Part shown: piece by piece, positions 11,329 through 21,964 of the stretch
Layout: each line of letters opens with the position of its first letter
Numbering within the stretch: position 1 is the stretch's first letter
Origin: Thermodesulfobacteriota bacterium
GTDB lineage: Bacteria; Desulfobacterota_D; UBA1144; Nemesobacterales; N074bin48
NCBI GenBank assembly: GCA_041572575.1
Contig: JBFFSH010000001.1
Coordinates: 31,369 to 95,368 of the forward strand
Direction of reading: 5' to 3'
DNA length: 64,000 bases
Translations under genes and position numbers: made by a program
Notes under the pieces: model-generated
Told to the model about the DNA's origin: nothing
Seen by the model: the letters and a program-made list of their open reading frames with translations, nothing else
Database searches by the model: none

Positions 11329-11907
11329 TTAAAATTTAATCTTAGAAGCCATCTCTCTTAATTCATCTATATGAATTAAATATATTTCCTGCCACTGCTT
11401 CTTTATTAAATCTGATCTAAAGCTCGATTCAAACAAACTGAAATAGGACTGAATGATATTTAGAAGAGCTTCTCGAATTTCATCAAAAATCGGCTGCCGG
11501 TCTGATGGATGACTAGCCCAGCCCTTAAATAAATTTATGACAGTATCAGGTGATAATCTATTTTCTTTCAGATACAGCAGCTTTATATTTGGATAGTTTT
11601 CACTCTGCGATACTAAAAGCTTTTGCAGATAAGATGAATTAACCCTTAACTTTTTTTCGGCAAACCCTACAACCTGATTTACCAGATCACACAGTAGTCT
11701 TAATCCTTCCTTAGGATCTTTTATTATCTTGTCTTCGGTAAGCTTTACAGTAATAACCTGATTATTTGATAGAAGCAGCATTAGTTGTTCTTCCAAAGCT
11801 GTATCCTGCTGTAACGCTACTTTTGAACTATCATCAGCCATGTTATTTTCACCCTGATTAATACCGCTATTTTCTTCTGCTTTATTAAATGGCATTCTAA
11901 GCTTCAT
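11329..11907 (-). CDS. Hypothetical alpha-helical protein in the MshEN-REC/CheW operon
   Basis: 192-aa ORF whose start abuts the upstream stop (11908); no motif recognised. Confidence 0.65.
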   Translation of the reverse strand: MKLRMPFNKAEENSGINQGENNMADDSSKVALQQDTALEEQLMLLLSNNQVITVKLTEDKIIKDPKEGLRLLCDLVNQVVGFAEKKLRVNSSYLQKLLVSQSENYPNIKLLYLKENRLSPDTVINLFKGWASHPSDRQPIFDEIREALLNIIQSYFSLFESSFRSDLIKKQWQEIYLIHIDELREMASKIKF

Positions 11908-14001
11908 TTATGCTGTACCCGCAACACTTACACCCTGTTTTTTTATGGCACTCACAAGTGAGTTTGGTTCAAATGGTTTAGTAATATAATCCGTAGCACC
12001 TACCAATTTACCCCTCATTTTATCAATGATTCCGTCTTTACCTGAAAGCATTATTACCGGTACTTCTTTTGTAAGCTCGTTACCCTTGATTATCTTGCAA
12101 AGTTGATACCCATCCATATGGGGCAAGTTAATATCTAGAAAGATAATATCAGGTATGAATTCATTTAACTTTGCTAACGCCTGCATTGCATTTGATGATA
12201 CTTCTACCTGGTAACCGTGCCTGCTAAGAGTAACAGAAACTATTTTTTGTACAGTAGGGCTGTCATCAACCACTAAAATTGTAGGTTTCGATACAGTATC
12301 TGCTGGTTGAGCATATTGATCCTGAACTGGAATAACCGGCTCATTTACCGGTGGTGGTGGAGGTGGTATGTCCGGCTCTACTTCCCTAAGCTCAGGCTTT
12401 GGAGGTTCAGCACTTACTGTTGTACCTACATGATTTCCATTACTGTCAATGGTCTTATTAAACGATTCAATATTATCATAAGAAGAATCTTCATTTAGTG
12501 ATCTTAAGTCGGTTTCATTATTTACAGGTGGGACAACATTTCCAATCTCACTCTCTTTCTGCCCGGGAATTTGGAAGAGGTCTTCCACTTCTTTACCGGG
12601 ATCAGCAGATTGGGTAGGGGCTGTGGCCCCTGGTTGAGAATCAGCTGCATCAGGTGCTAAATCTGTTTCTGTACCTGCACTTTCTGTCTGCATAGTGGGA
12701 ATTGTAAAAACATCTTTGTTATCAGGAACTTCTATCTGATCAGTTATTTCTTCAGCTTCCAGGCTCAGTTCTATTGTCTTATCATCATCCTCTTCACTTG
12801 CTGATTGGCTGCTTGAAAATACGTTTAACTCCGGGCTGCTATCTTGCGCTTGTGGAGGTACAGGTATGTTAATTGGCTCAGATTTTTGTGATTCTACAGG
12901 CTGAAAACCAACTGTAGCCCCAGCCTGTTCTGCAGGAGCCTGAAATAGACTCTGTTCTCCACCTGCCGTACTAGCTGGTTCACTTTCAGTCTGTTCACTA
13001 TGCGGCCGCGCATCTACTTCACGACTCTCAGCCGGCGGCTGAAAAAGATTACTCGAGCTATCAGAGCTTTGTAATGATATATTTTCAAAGCTGCTATCCG
13101 AACTCTGTTTTACCCCTCTTACATAATCATCATCTTTTGCAAATACATCAATTATTTCATTTTGATTTGGTTTTTCATCAGTTGCTTGTGGTTGAGGTTG
13201 TGGAGATTGACCGGGAAACTGAGGCTCATCAATTTGTGGTGGTTGAGCTTGAGATTCAGGCTCTGTAGTAAGCGATGAAGCTAGAGTATCTGCAGTTTCT
13301 GTTTTTTCTGATGATACCTGTGGAGACGCTGTAAAAACAGAATGATCTGTCTGTTGAGATTGTGATACTGGCGGCTCCGGATAGCTTTGTGGTTGCGTTT
13401 CAATTTGCGGCTCTGGCTCAGGTTGTGCTGGTTCGGACGGTGCTTGTGCAGCAACTTCAGGTTCAGGCTCTGATGGTTGTACTATTTGTTGTTCCTCAGG
13501 TTTTTGAACAATAGTTTGTTCTTGTTCAGCTTTTTGCAATGGTTCAGGTTCTTGCTTTTGTACAACCTGTTCAGCATCAATGTTATGATGATTTACAAGC
13601 GCGCTTTTAATACTACTAAATTCTGCTATATATGGTTTTATATTGTGTCCTGTCAAAAATCTTAACTCATCAATCAGTACAATATTTGTAGGATCAATCA
13701 TTGCAACACTCAAGAATGCCCCTTCTAAATCAAATGGAATCAGGTTATTATCGACGGCCGTGTCCTGAGGGATTAGCTTTATGACTGATGGCTCAATATT
13801 TATCGCTGAAAGGTCTACTCTGGGGAATTGATTGTCTATATTAGTAAGTTCAACAAGTTGAGACTCGGTAATATAACCTTTTCTAATTAATATTTCACCG
13901 AGTGATTTATTATTGTTCTTTTGCTCTTCTACAGCTTCTTTTAGGTTATCAAGAGATAAATAACCCTTTTCAATAAACAGTTTGGCTAGTTTAACATTCA
14001 T
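11908..14001 (-). CDS. MshEN/T2SSE_N domain + long P/Q/E/S-rich linker + PilG/PilH-like receiver domain
   Basis: N-terminal KLAKLFIEKGY...SLGEILIRKGYI resembles the PilB N-terminus; C-terminal VVDDS, FLDINLPHMDGY, YITKPF. Confidence 0.85.
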   Translation of the reverse strand: MNVKLAKLFIEKGYLSLDNLKEAVEEQKNNNKSLGEILIRKGYITESQLVELTNIDNQFPRVDLSAINIEPSVIKLIPQDTAVDNNLIPFDLEGAFLSVAMIDPTNIVLIDELRFLTGHNIKPYIAEFSSIKSALVNHHNIDAEQVVQKQEPEPLQKAEQEQTIVQKPEEQQIVQPSEPEPEVAAQAPSEPAQPEPEPQIETQPQSYPEPPVSQSQQTDHSVFTASPQVSSEKTETADTLASSLTTEPESQAQPPQIDEPQFPGQSPQPQPQATDEKPNQNEIIDVFAKDDDYVRGVKQSSDSSFENISLQSSDSSSNLFQPPAESREVDARPHSEQTESEPASTAGGEQSLFQAPAEQAGATVGFQPVESQKSEPINIPVPPQAQDSSPELNVFSSSQSASEEDDDKTIELSLEAEEITDQIEVPDNKDVFTIPTMQTESAGTETDLAPDAADSQPGATAPTQSADPGKEVEDLFQIPGQKESEIGNVVPPVNNETDLRSLNEDSSYDNIESFNKTIDSNGNHVGTTVSAEPPKPELREVEPDIPPPPPPVNEPVIPVQDQYAQPADTVSKPTILVVDDSPTVQKIVSVTLSRHGYQVEVSSNAMQALAKLNEFIPDIIFLDINLPHMDGYQLCKIIKGNELTKEVPVIMLSGKDGIIDKMRGKLVGATDYITKPFEPNSLVSAIKKQGVSVAGTA

Positions 14002-14070
14002 TCCATTGAGTCCTTAATATGTGCTTAATCTATAGTTTTGTTACACTTTTTTTATATATTTATATATCTA

Positions 14071-14086
14071 GCAAGAATTATGCCAA
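14071..14086 (-). promoter_or_regulatory. sigma54 (-24/-12) promoter of the MshEN-REC operon
   Basis: Minus strand TTGGCATAATTCTTGC, GG-N10-GC, about 70 bp upstream of ATG 14001. Confidence 0.7.
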
Positions 14087-14308
14087 TTCAGGAAATAAAA
14101 TTCCCTATAATATACAGTAAATTAGTATACATAATTATAGTAAATTATAAATTTGAGCACCCCACTCTAATTTCAAAAACCTGTCTTATTATAACATCAT
14201 ATTAATTAGAAATAAACGCTTATATAATTTCTTATCCAATAATTCAGATTCGATTTCTTTAATAATAACAATAAACTTTTTATATTAATCTGTAATTTGA
14301 ACTGTTTT

Positions 14309-14346
14309 TGTATAATTTTTAATACAGTCTGCTTAATTTTTATGCA
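14309..14346. promoter_or_regulatory. Candidate enhancer-binding protein (NtrC-like) sites
   Basis: TGTAT-N8-ATACA (14309-14326) and TGC-N11-GCA (TGCTTAATTTTTATGCA, 14330-14346), 60-100 bp upstream of the glnB sigma54 promoter. Confidence 0.4.
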
Positions 14347-14394
14347 TTAAAAATTTTATTTAATTTACAAAATATAATGATATTAGATGTTTAA

Positions 14395-14799
<405 letters not shown>

Positions 14800-14853
14800 T
14801 AGATTATTACAGCATTTGAAAATAACTTTATAAATTACAAGGAGGAAGGTTAG

Positions 14854-16305
14854 ATGGCAAAATCTACCAAAGGCGGCGCTCAGAGTCCGCCAAACAATGC
14901 AAATGATGTTCTTAAGCTTGTAAAAGATGAGAACATTCAGATTATAGACTTTAGGTTTCTCGATTTTGTGGGGATGTGGCAGCATTTCAGTACACCCACA
15001 CATGAATTGGACAAAGAAGCATTCGAAGAAGGACTGGGTTTTGATGGATCAAGCATCAGAGGTTGGCAGTCAATTCACGCAAGCGATATGCTAATGATAC
15101 CGGATCCCAAAACTGCCAGAATTGATCCATTCACTAATATACCAACTCTCGCATTAATATGTGATATTGTAGATCCAATAACAAGAGAGCCTTATTCAAG
15201 AGACCCGAGAAACATAGCCAAAAAAGCTGTTTCTTACCTCCAGAGCACAGGAATTGCTGACACAGCTTATTTTGGACCTGAGCTGGAATTCTTTATTTTA
15301 GACGATGTTAGATATGACCAGACAGCAAACACCGGATACTATTTTGTAGATTCAGTAGAAGGTATCTGGAACTCAGGCACGGATGAAGGACCAAACCTTG
15401 GTTATAAACCAAGACATAAAGAAGGTTATTTCCCCTGCCCTCCTACAGACAGCTATCAGGACCTAAGATCCGAAATGGTTTTAGAGATGGAAAATCTTGG
15501 TATAGCAGTCGAAGCTCATCACCACGAAGTATCAACAGCGGGTCAGGCTGAGATAGACATGCGTTTTTCCCCTCTTGTTGATATGGGCGACAATATGATG
15601 TGGTATAAATATATTTGCAGAAATGTAGCAAGAAAATATGGTAAAACAGTTACATTTATGCCAAAGGTTATATTCGAAGATAATGGTTCAGGAATGCACA
15701 TACATCAGTCACTCTGGAAAAAAGGCAAACCACTTTTTGCAGGAAACAGCTACGCAGGAATGAGCGAAATGGCAATGCATTATATTGGTGGAATACTAAA
15801 ACATGCTAAAGCTATCTGTGCTTTTTCCAATCCAACAACAAACTCTTACAGAAGACTTGTACCAGGGTTTGAAGCTCCTGTTAACCTTGCATATTCGGCA
15901 AGAAACAGAAGTGCTGCAGTAAGAATTCCTATGTACTCTCCAAGTCCTAAAGCTAAAAGACTTGAAACAAGATTCCCAGACCCATCAGCAAACGGATACC
16001 TTACATTCTCTGCAATGCTTATGGCTGGCCTTGATGGAATCGAGAACAAAATTGATCCGGGTGATCCTCTCGATAAAGACATTTACTCACTTGGACCTGA
16101 GGAACTGGAGGGTATCCCTTATGTTCCAGGTTCGCTCGAAGAAGCTCTTAACTCACTTAAAGAAGATCATGAATTCCTTACAAAAGGTGACACATTCACA
16201 GATGATGTAGTTGAAACATGGATTGACTACAAGATGGAAAATGAAGTTAATCCTGTGAAGCTAAGACCAGTACCTCATGAGTTCATGCTTTACTTTGATG
16301 TGTAA
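14854..16305 (+). CDS. glnA: Glutamine synthetase type I
   Basis: [37 protein letters not shown]. Confidence 0.97.
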   Translation: MAKSTKGGAQSPPNNANDVLKLVKDENIQIIDFRFLDFVGMWQHFSTPTHELDKEAFEEGLGFDGSSIRGWQSIHASDMLMIPDPKTARIDPFTNIPTLALICDIVDPITREPYSRDPRNIAKKAVSYLQSTGIADTAYFGPELEFFILDDVRYDQTANTGYYFVDSVEGIWNSGTDEGPNLGYKPRHKEGYFPCPPTDSYQDLRSEMVLEMENLGIAVEAHHHEVSTAGQAEIDMRFSPLVDMGDNMMWYKYICRNVARKYGKTVTFMPKVIFEDNGSGMHIHQSLWKKGKPLFAGNSYAGMSEMAMHYIGGILKHAKAICAFSNPTTNSYRRLVPGFEAPVNLAYSARNRSAAVRIPMYSPSPKAKRLETRFPDPSANGYLTFSAMLMAGLDGIENKIDPGDPLDKDIYSLGPEELEGIPYVPGSLEEALNSLKEDHEFLTKGDTFTDDVVETWIDYKMENEVNPVKLRPVPHEFMLYFDV

Positions 16306-16334
16306 TTAATTAGAGAATAAAGTTTTTAGATAAC

Positions 16335-16366
16335 AAAAAAAGGCGGCCAAACGGTCGCCTTTTTTT
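16335..16366. terminator. Bidirectional intrinsic terminator after glnA
   Basis: A6-AGGCGGCC-AAAC-GGTCGCCT-T6 between convergent glnA and nuoL. Confidence 0.85.
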
Positions 16367-16521
16367 ATGCCTAATTCAAATTTTCTATTATCCGTTAGCA
16401 GTCTGCAAAAATCAGAAGTAGCAAAAGTTACACAACAAAAGGTTAAAATACCACTATGATGAACTAACCCCTAATATAGATCAGATGATCATGCAGGAAA
16501 AATTATTGATGTACTTATTGC

Positions 16522-18483
16522 TTAGAAAGTTGAAAATATTATATATAGAATAAGAATAAGACCCGCAGTCATAACAGCTGCATAGGCTCTTACAAGACCA
16601 AACTGAAACTTCCTTACAAAAGTTGATAGGCATGAGAAAAAGCCTGCGATTCTGTTTACAAGCCCATCAACAATATTTGAGTCAAACCAAAATGACATCT
16701 TTGATGACTCTTTAAACCCGTCTATAAATGTATGCTCATAAACCTCGTCCATATACCATTTGGAGTTGGAAGCGTTGAACAGAAAGCCAAAGTCCTCATT
16801 TGCTGTAATCTTGCTAAGATGTTTAGGCCTATAAATATAGAAATAATAGGCAAGCCCAATTCCCAAAACAGCTGCAACAATGGAAAGTATAAGTAGATCC
16901 ATGTGGCTAAAGAAGTGATGACTAACTGCTGATGCATGATGCTGTTCAAGAGGTATAGCTGCCCAGATAAACTCTTTAAACTTGTTTACATGGTGCAGTC
17001 CAAACATCTCACCAATAAAATCCGGCACGCCAACATAACCGCCTATTACTGATAGAACAGCCAGTACAATCAAAGGAATTGTCATAGTACTTGGAGATTC
17101 ATGAAGCTTTTTCATTATATTAGCAGGAACCCTGCTCTTTCCTTCAAAAGTTAGGAAATATAGGCGCATCATATAAAGTGCAGTGAGCATTGCCGTAACA
17201 AGTGCTACTGCCCAGTGAATCGCAAATCCTTTTTCGTACAGTTCACCAAGTATCTGATCTTTTGAAAAGAAGCCTGAGAGAAGAGGTAGGCCTGAAATTG
17301 CTAAAGTACCTACAAGAAAAGTCTTGGAAGTTATAGGAAGATATTTCCGAAGCCCCCCCATCTTTCTTACATCCTGCTCATCAGACATTGCATGTATTAC
17401 GCTACCAGCACCAAGAAATAAAAGTGCTTTAAAGAATGCGTGGGTTACTAAGTGAAACATACCAGCGGCATAGGCGCCGATTCCCACACCCATGAACATA
17501 AAACCAAGCTGGCTCACGGTAGAATATGCCAGTACCTTTTTAATATCGGTCTGGCTAAGGGCAATCGTTGCAGCAAAAAACGCAGTAAATACAGCAATTG
17601 TTACAACTATGAATTGCGCTACAGGAGAAGCACTGAAAAATACGGCACACCTTGTAACCATATAAACCCCTGCAGTTACCATGGTTGCCGCATGAATAAG
17701 AGCACTAACCGGTGTTGGTCCTGCCATGGCATCTGGAAGCCACACATAGAGTGGGAACTGTGCCGATTTACCAACAGCTCCTACAAAAAGCAGAAGCGCT
17801 ATTGCTGTGATTGTTATAGCTGGGATATTATTTAAAATTGCCTGACTTGAAGCCTGAGAAAAAACGTCTGCATAACTAAGAGAGCCAAAAGTTATGAAAA
17901 TAAGAAATATCGCTATGAGAAAACCAAAGTCACCTATTCTGTTTACTATAAATGCCTTTCTTCCGGCAAGGGCCTTCTGATCATCATCATACCAAAAACC
18001 AATTAACAGATAAGAAGCAAGCCCAACTCCTTCCCAGCCTACAAACATGAGCGGGAAGTTATTACCGAGTACAAGAACCAGCATGAAGAAAACAAATAGG
18101 TTTAGGTAAGTAAAATATCTGGCGTATGATTTATCATGGCTCATATACCCAATCGAATAGACATGAATCAAAAACCCAACCCAAGTTATTACTAGAGTCA
18201 TAATTGCTGAAATATTATCAAAAAGAAAACCAAACTTTATATCCAGCTCACCAGATACTATCCAGGAAAATGAGGTTTCGACTATGCCGGTTAATCCTTC
18301 CGACCCAACAAGAGTATAGAACATATATGTAGCAATAAGGGCAGAAAAGAGGATCGAGCTGCAGGCAATAACACTAACAATGCTTTTTTCAGATTTATGG
18401 TCTTGTTTTATTAAACCTGTAGTAAAAAGCAGGCCGTTTATAGCAGCTCCAATAAGTGGAAGTAATATAATTAAAAATAGCAT
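16522..18483 (-). CDS. nuoL: NADH-quinone oxidoreductase subunit L
   Basis: GWEGVGLASYLLIGFW, GKSAQFPLYVWLPDAMAGPTPVSALIHAATMV, HAFFKALLFL. Confidence 0.95.
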   Translation of the reverse strand: MLFLIILLPLIGAAINGLLFTTGLIKQDHKSEKSIVSVIACSSILFSALIATYMFYTLVGSEGLTGIVETSFSWIVSGELDIKFGFLFDNISAIMTLVITWVGFLIHVYSIGYMSHDKSYARYFTYLNLFVFFMLVLVLGNNFPLMFVGWEGVGLASYLLIGFWYDDDQKALAGRKAFIVNRIGDFGFLIAIFLIFITFGSLSYADVFSQASSQAILNNIPAITITAIALLLFVGAVGKSAQFPLYVWLPDAMAGPTPVSALIHAATMVTAGVYMVTRCAVFFSASPVAQFIVVTIAVFTAFFAATIALSQTDIKKVLAYSTVSQLGFMFMGVGIGAYAAGMFHLVTHAFFKALLFLGAGSVIHAMSDEQDVRKMGGLRKYLPITSKTFLVGTLAISGLPLLSGFFSKDQILGELYEKGFAIHWAVALVTAMLTALYMMRLYFLTFEGKSRVPANIMKKLHESPSTMTIPLIVLAVLSVIGGYVGVPDFIGEMFGLHHVNKFKEFIWAAIPLEQHHASAVSHHFFSHMDLLILSIVAAVLGIGLAYYFYIYRPKHLSKITANEDFGFLFNASNSKWYMDEVYEHTFIDGFKESSKMSFWFDSNIVDGLVNRIAGFFSCLSTFVRKFQFGLVRAYAAVMTAGLILILYIIFSTF

Positions 18484-18493
18484 TTTTTTGTAT

Positions 18494-18799
18494 TTAACCT
18501 TTAAGTAACTTCAGTACATCTATATTAATAGTCTCTTTATTATGATAAATAGATACCACTAGAGCTAAACCAACTGCAACCTCACATGCTGCAACTACTA
18601 AAGACATAAGCATAAAAACCTGTCCAGTGTTATCGCCATGAAACCTCGAAAAACTCACAAGCGCCAGATTTGCCGCGTTTAGCATTAGCTCAAGTGACAT
18701 AAGGACTATAATTAAATTTTTTCTTGTGATTACACCAAAAGCACCTATCACAAAGAGCATAAAGCTTAGCAGAACGTAGTGGTTTATTGTAACTTCCAT
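18494..18799 (-). CDS. nuoK: NADH-quinone oxidoreductase subunit K
   Basis: MSLELMLNAANL, AACEVAVGLAL, ends LKG. Confidence 0.95.
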   Translation of the reverse strand: MEVTINHYVLLSFMLFVIGAFGVITRKNLIIVLMSLELMLNAANLALVSFSRFHGDNTGQVFMLMSLVVAACEVAVGLALVVSIYHNKETINIDVLKLLKG

Positions 18800-19312
18800 C
18801 TAATCTGCGCTCCTTTTTGAAAGTACAATCACACCGATTATTGCAATTAAAATCAGAACGGATGTAAGCTCAAAAGGCAGTATATAATAAGTAAAAATGC
18901 TGGTGCCCACGTTTTCAACAGAGCCGTAATCTTCTGAAACTGAAATATCGGATAACTTGGCAGGTTTTGAGGTTCCAATCACCACATTTTGCACTATCAT
19001 TGCAGTTATAAATAGCACTGCAAGAGCAGAGCTTACCTTTAGAGGAACATTCTGTGCATCAAAATTAAGTGATTCATCCCTAAGGATCAAAAACATCACA
19101 GTAAACATGAATAGCACCATTATGGCACCTGCATAAACGAGAATCTGCACCACAGCCACAAACTGAGCTGATAGCATAATATAAAGCACAGAGGTATTAA
19201 ACAGAGTAAGAACAAGTGCAACTATACTTGCTACAGGGTTGCGGTTAACAACCACGGCAATAGAGCTTGCAAGCACAGCACACGCAAAGAAATAAAATAA
19301 ATATGTGTCCAA
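18800..19312 (-). CDS. nuoJ: NADH-quinone oxidoreductase subunit J
   Basis: RNPVAS, QILVYAGAIMVLF, PFELTSV; TTG start. Confidence 0.93.
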   Translation of the reverse strand: MDTYLFYFFACAVLASSIAVVVNRNPVASIVALVLTLFNTSVLYIMLSAQFVAVVQILVYAGAIMVLFMFTVMFLILRDESLNFDAQNVPLKVSSALAVLFITAMIVQNVVIGTSKPAKLSDISVSEDYGSVENVGTSIFTYYILPFELTSVLILIAIIGVIVLSKRSAD

Positions 19313-19355
19313 TTATTTAAGTCCTGATTATTAGTTCCGGAAAAAAATTTACGTT

Positions 19356-19384
19356 AGATTATATATGGTATATGCGGTAGTCAA
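19356..19384 (-). promoter_or_regulatory. Candidate sigma70 promoter for nuoJKL
   Basis: Minus strand TTGACT, 17 bp, TAATCT (an overlapping TATAAT sits at 15 bp spacing). Confidence 0.45.
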
Positions 19385-19423
19385 CCCTTGAATTAGTTTT
19401 TTTTAGGAAATTGCAGATAAACC

Positions 19424-19870
19424 TTATTCCAAGTCCTCTAGTGTTTGTGCATCAAGAACATCTCTATCTCTTCCAGTCGATCTTTTATTCTTAATCAGAT
19501 CACTCTTTGAAATAAAAGGAAGCAGTAATCCATCCAGAACTAAGTCGTGCTTACTCTTGTATGCGTCCTTAAAACTAACACCATCAATATCAGTTAAAAC
19601 ATCAATTCTCACAGGAGCAACACCTATCTGATATACAATATCTTTATTTGAAAAAGTCTCAGGTGTTATATCCTTAAGAGGGGCTCCAAAATCAGATAAA
19701 ACCTTGTATAGCTTAACTGAATTTTCTGAAGAGTTCTCCACCCATATATCAAAATCACCAGTTGACCTTGTGTAACCATATGCGGCCATCGCATATGCAC
19801 CCACAATAAGGAACTTAACCCGACTTTCTAATAAGCTTTTCAACATCTCTTTGTAATCTTTGTTCAACAT
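19424..19870 (-). CDS. Small nucleotidyltransferase-fold protein (DUF6036-like)
   Basis: LIVGAYAMAAYG...TGDFDIW (G..DxD NTase motif), RIDVL, C-terminal K..TGRDRDVLD. Confidence 0.72.
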   Translation of the reverse strand: MLNKDYKEMLKSLLESRVKFLIVGAYAMAAYGYTRSTGDFDIWVENSSENSVKLYKVLSDFGAPLKDITPETFSNKDIVYQIGVAPVRIDVLTDIDGVSFKDAYKSKHDLVLDGLLLPFISKSDLIKNKRSTGRDRDVLDAQTLEDLE

Positions 19871-20009
19871 TTTTCCTGTCTTTGAAATACCATACCTCTC
19901 TTGTTAGTTCCCACACCATTGATATTCTTTCTTGCGGAGACGCATCTACAAACCCACTATCATTATCTTTAAGTCGCTTGATAGCCTCAATATTTTTCTT
20001 TAGCCGCAT
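19815..20009 (-). CDS. Small hypothetical protein overlapping the NTase gene (possible antitoxin-like partner)
   Basis: 64 aa, SPQERISMVWELT motif, overlaps the NTase start by 56 nt. Confidence 0.6.
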   Translation of the reverse strand: MRLKKNIEAIKRLKDNDSGFVDASPQERISMVWELTREVWYFKDRKNVEQRLQRDVEKLIRKSG

Positions 20010-20027
20010 TATATTATTATATCACAG

Positions 20028-20684
20028 TCAGAACAATTTTTTCACCCCAACCTTCCTACACATATCCTCCATTTTACAGATATCACATTTTGGCCCGATA
20101 GGCTTGCATAGGTTTTGTCCATAGGCTACAAGTAGTGAGTTTATATCAATCCAATATCTCTTTGGAAGTTTTTCTCTGAGTGCAAACTCACTCTCATCAG
20201 GGGTTTTTGTTTTTATGTACCCCAGGCGGTTAAATATTCTGTGTACATGAGTATCCACGCATATTCCAGGTTTATTGTATCCTAGCGTAATTACCAGGTT
20301 TGCAGTCTTGCGCCCCACTCCTTTAAGTTTTAAAAGCTCATCAAGATCATCCGGGACCCTGGATTCATATTTATCTATTAATTCTTTGCACACTTCTTTT
20401 ATTGTTTTTGCCTTTACTCTGTAAAACCCTGCCGGATAAATTGCTTTTTCGATCTGCGGGATTTTGAGCTTGAGCATGTCCTTAGAATTGGATGCAAGTT
20501 TTAATAGTCTTACAGAAGCCTCTTCTGTTGTTTTGTCCTTTGTGCGAAGACTAATAATGGTTGAGATAAGGACATTAAACGCCTTTTTTGATTTATCAGC
20601 TTCAACACTTACAAAAGGAGTCTTAAATCTTTTATACTCCTTTTTCAGGACTTTAACTACTTCATTAATATTTATATCTTCCAT
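20028..20684 (-). CDS. nth: Endonuclease III
   Basis: HhH LKGVGRKTANL, VDTHVHR, C-X6-C-X2-C-X5-C FeS motif; ATG 20684 avoids overlap with the divergent gene. Confidence 0.93.
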   Translation of the reverse strand: MEDININEVVKVLKKEYKRFKTPFVSVEADKSKKAFNVLISTIISLRTKDKTTEEASVRLLKLASNSKDMLKLKIPQIEKAIYPAGFYRVKAKTIKEVCKELIDKYESRVPDDLDELLKLKGVGRKTANLVITLGYNKPGICVDTHVHRIFNRLGYIKTKTPDESEFALREKLPKRYWIDINSLLVAYGQNLCKPIGPKCDICKMEDMCRKVGVKKLF

Positions 20685-20745
20685 TACCAACCCAGATTTG
20701 TTATTGTGTATTTTTATAAGATTATAAGTAATTATTAACACAGTT

Positions 20746-21963
20746 ATGGAATATCCAAAGCTAAGATTTGTAGATACTTTTCCAATTGAGCATGAAGGGG
20801 GCAAATATGTTTGCCTTAGAGACCCTCAGGACACAAATGGCAATATGCTCCTTGTAGCCCCTCAGGCAATCTATGTTATTTCTTATTTCACAGGCAGTAA
20901 CTCCATAGTGGACATTCAGCTAAAGATTCTAAAAGAGCACGGAGAATTAATTGAAAAAGACCATATCATACAGCTTGCTAAGCAGTTAGACGATGCGCTT
21001 CTTCTAGACAGTGACAAATATAGAGACCACCAGCTGCAGCTTGAAAATGACTTTAAAAAATCAAAGATTAGAGAAGCAAGTCATGCGGGTATGTCATATC
21101 CGAATGAAAAAGAAGAATTAACCAAATGGATCGACGGCTATTTTGATAATGGGTCAACCCCATCAAAAAATGGCAAAAATGCAGTAGGAATAATTTCACC
21201 CCATATAGATTTTAACCGAGGCGGCAGTTCCTATGCAAAGGCATATAAGGAGTTATTGGACAATGAGAAGTGTGAGACATTTATTATTTTTGGTACTTCC
21301 CATTACGCATCTGTAGATAACCCTTTTATCCTTACAAGGAAAAGCTTTAATACTCCTTTTGGTGAGGTTAAAGTGGATCTGGATTTGGTTAACAGCATTG
21401 ATGATCATTGTGACTGGGATCTATATGAGGGCGAGATATTCCATAAATCAGAACATTCAATAGAATTTCAGGTGGTATTCCTGCAATATCTTTTTGGCAG
21501 CAAAAGGGATATCAAAATCCTGCCTATTCTATGCAACTCTTTTTATAGGTTCATTCAGGATGGAAGCTCTCCTGGAGATGACTACAAAACAGCCTCTTTT
21601 CTGGGTAGCATAAAAAATATAGTTAATAAGCTTGGAGATAAGGCAGTAGTCATAGCCGGAGCCGACCTGGCACATATGGGAAACAAGTTTGGTGATGCTG
21701 AAGCTGTAAACGATAAGATACTCGAGTGGATAAAATCAAGGGATTACTTAAGTATACTGCACACTGAAAATCTGGATGCTGAAGCGTTTTACAGATCAGT
21801 TGAGCAAGAAAAAGACAAAAGGAAAATTTGCGGGCTTTCCCCGATATATTCATTGCTCTCGGTTATTAATGCAAAAGAAGGCAAGATGCTGGATTATGGT
21901 CAGGCGCTAGAGCCGGACACAGGCTCGGTGGTTACCTATACCAGCATGGGGTTTTACTCATAA
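20746..21963 (+). CDS. MEMO1 family protein (AmmeMemoRadiSam system protein B) with N-terminal extension
   Basis: SPHID, GTSH, EHSIEFQ, ADLAH, ICG motifs. Confidence 0.85.
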   Translation: MEYPKLRFVDTFPIEHEGGKYVCLRDPQDTNGNMLLVAPQAIYVISYFTGSNSIVDIQLKILKEHGELIEKDHIIQLAKQLDDALLLDSDKYRDHQLQLENDFKKSKIREASHAGMSYPNEKEELTKWIDGYFDNGSTPSKNGKNAVGIISPHIDFNRGGSSYAKAYKELLDNEKCETFIIFGTSHYASVDNPFILTRKSFNTPFGEVKVDLDLVNSIDDHCDWDLYEGEIFHKSEHSIEFQVVFLQYLFGSKRDIKILPILCNSFYRFIQDGSSPGDDYKTASFLGSIKNIVNKLGDKAVVIAGADLAHMGNKFGDAEAVNDKILEWIKSRDYLSILHTENLDAEAFYRSVEQEKDKRKICGLSPIYSLLSVINAKEGKMLDYGQALEPDTGSVVTYTSMGFYS

Positions 21964-21964
21964 C

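Noticed and set aside
12300..13560. Repeat-like sequence in the MshEN-REC linker (EPEP, QPQ, PPPPP)
   Set aside because: Low-complexity coding sequence with no fixed-period DNA repeat; not a CRISPR array or VNTR.
20685..20804. Extended N-termini in the ORF track (nth; also tetR, hydrolase, pilR, gyrA)
   Set aside because: Downstream ATGs have better RBS or promoter context and avoid overlaps.
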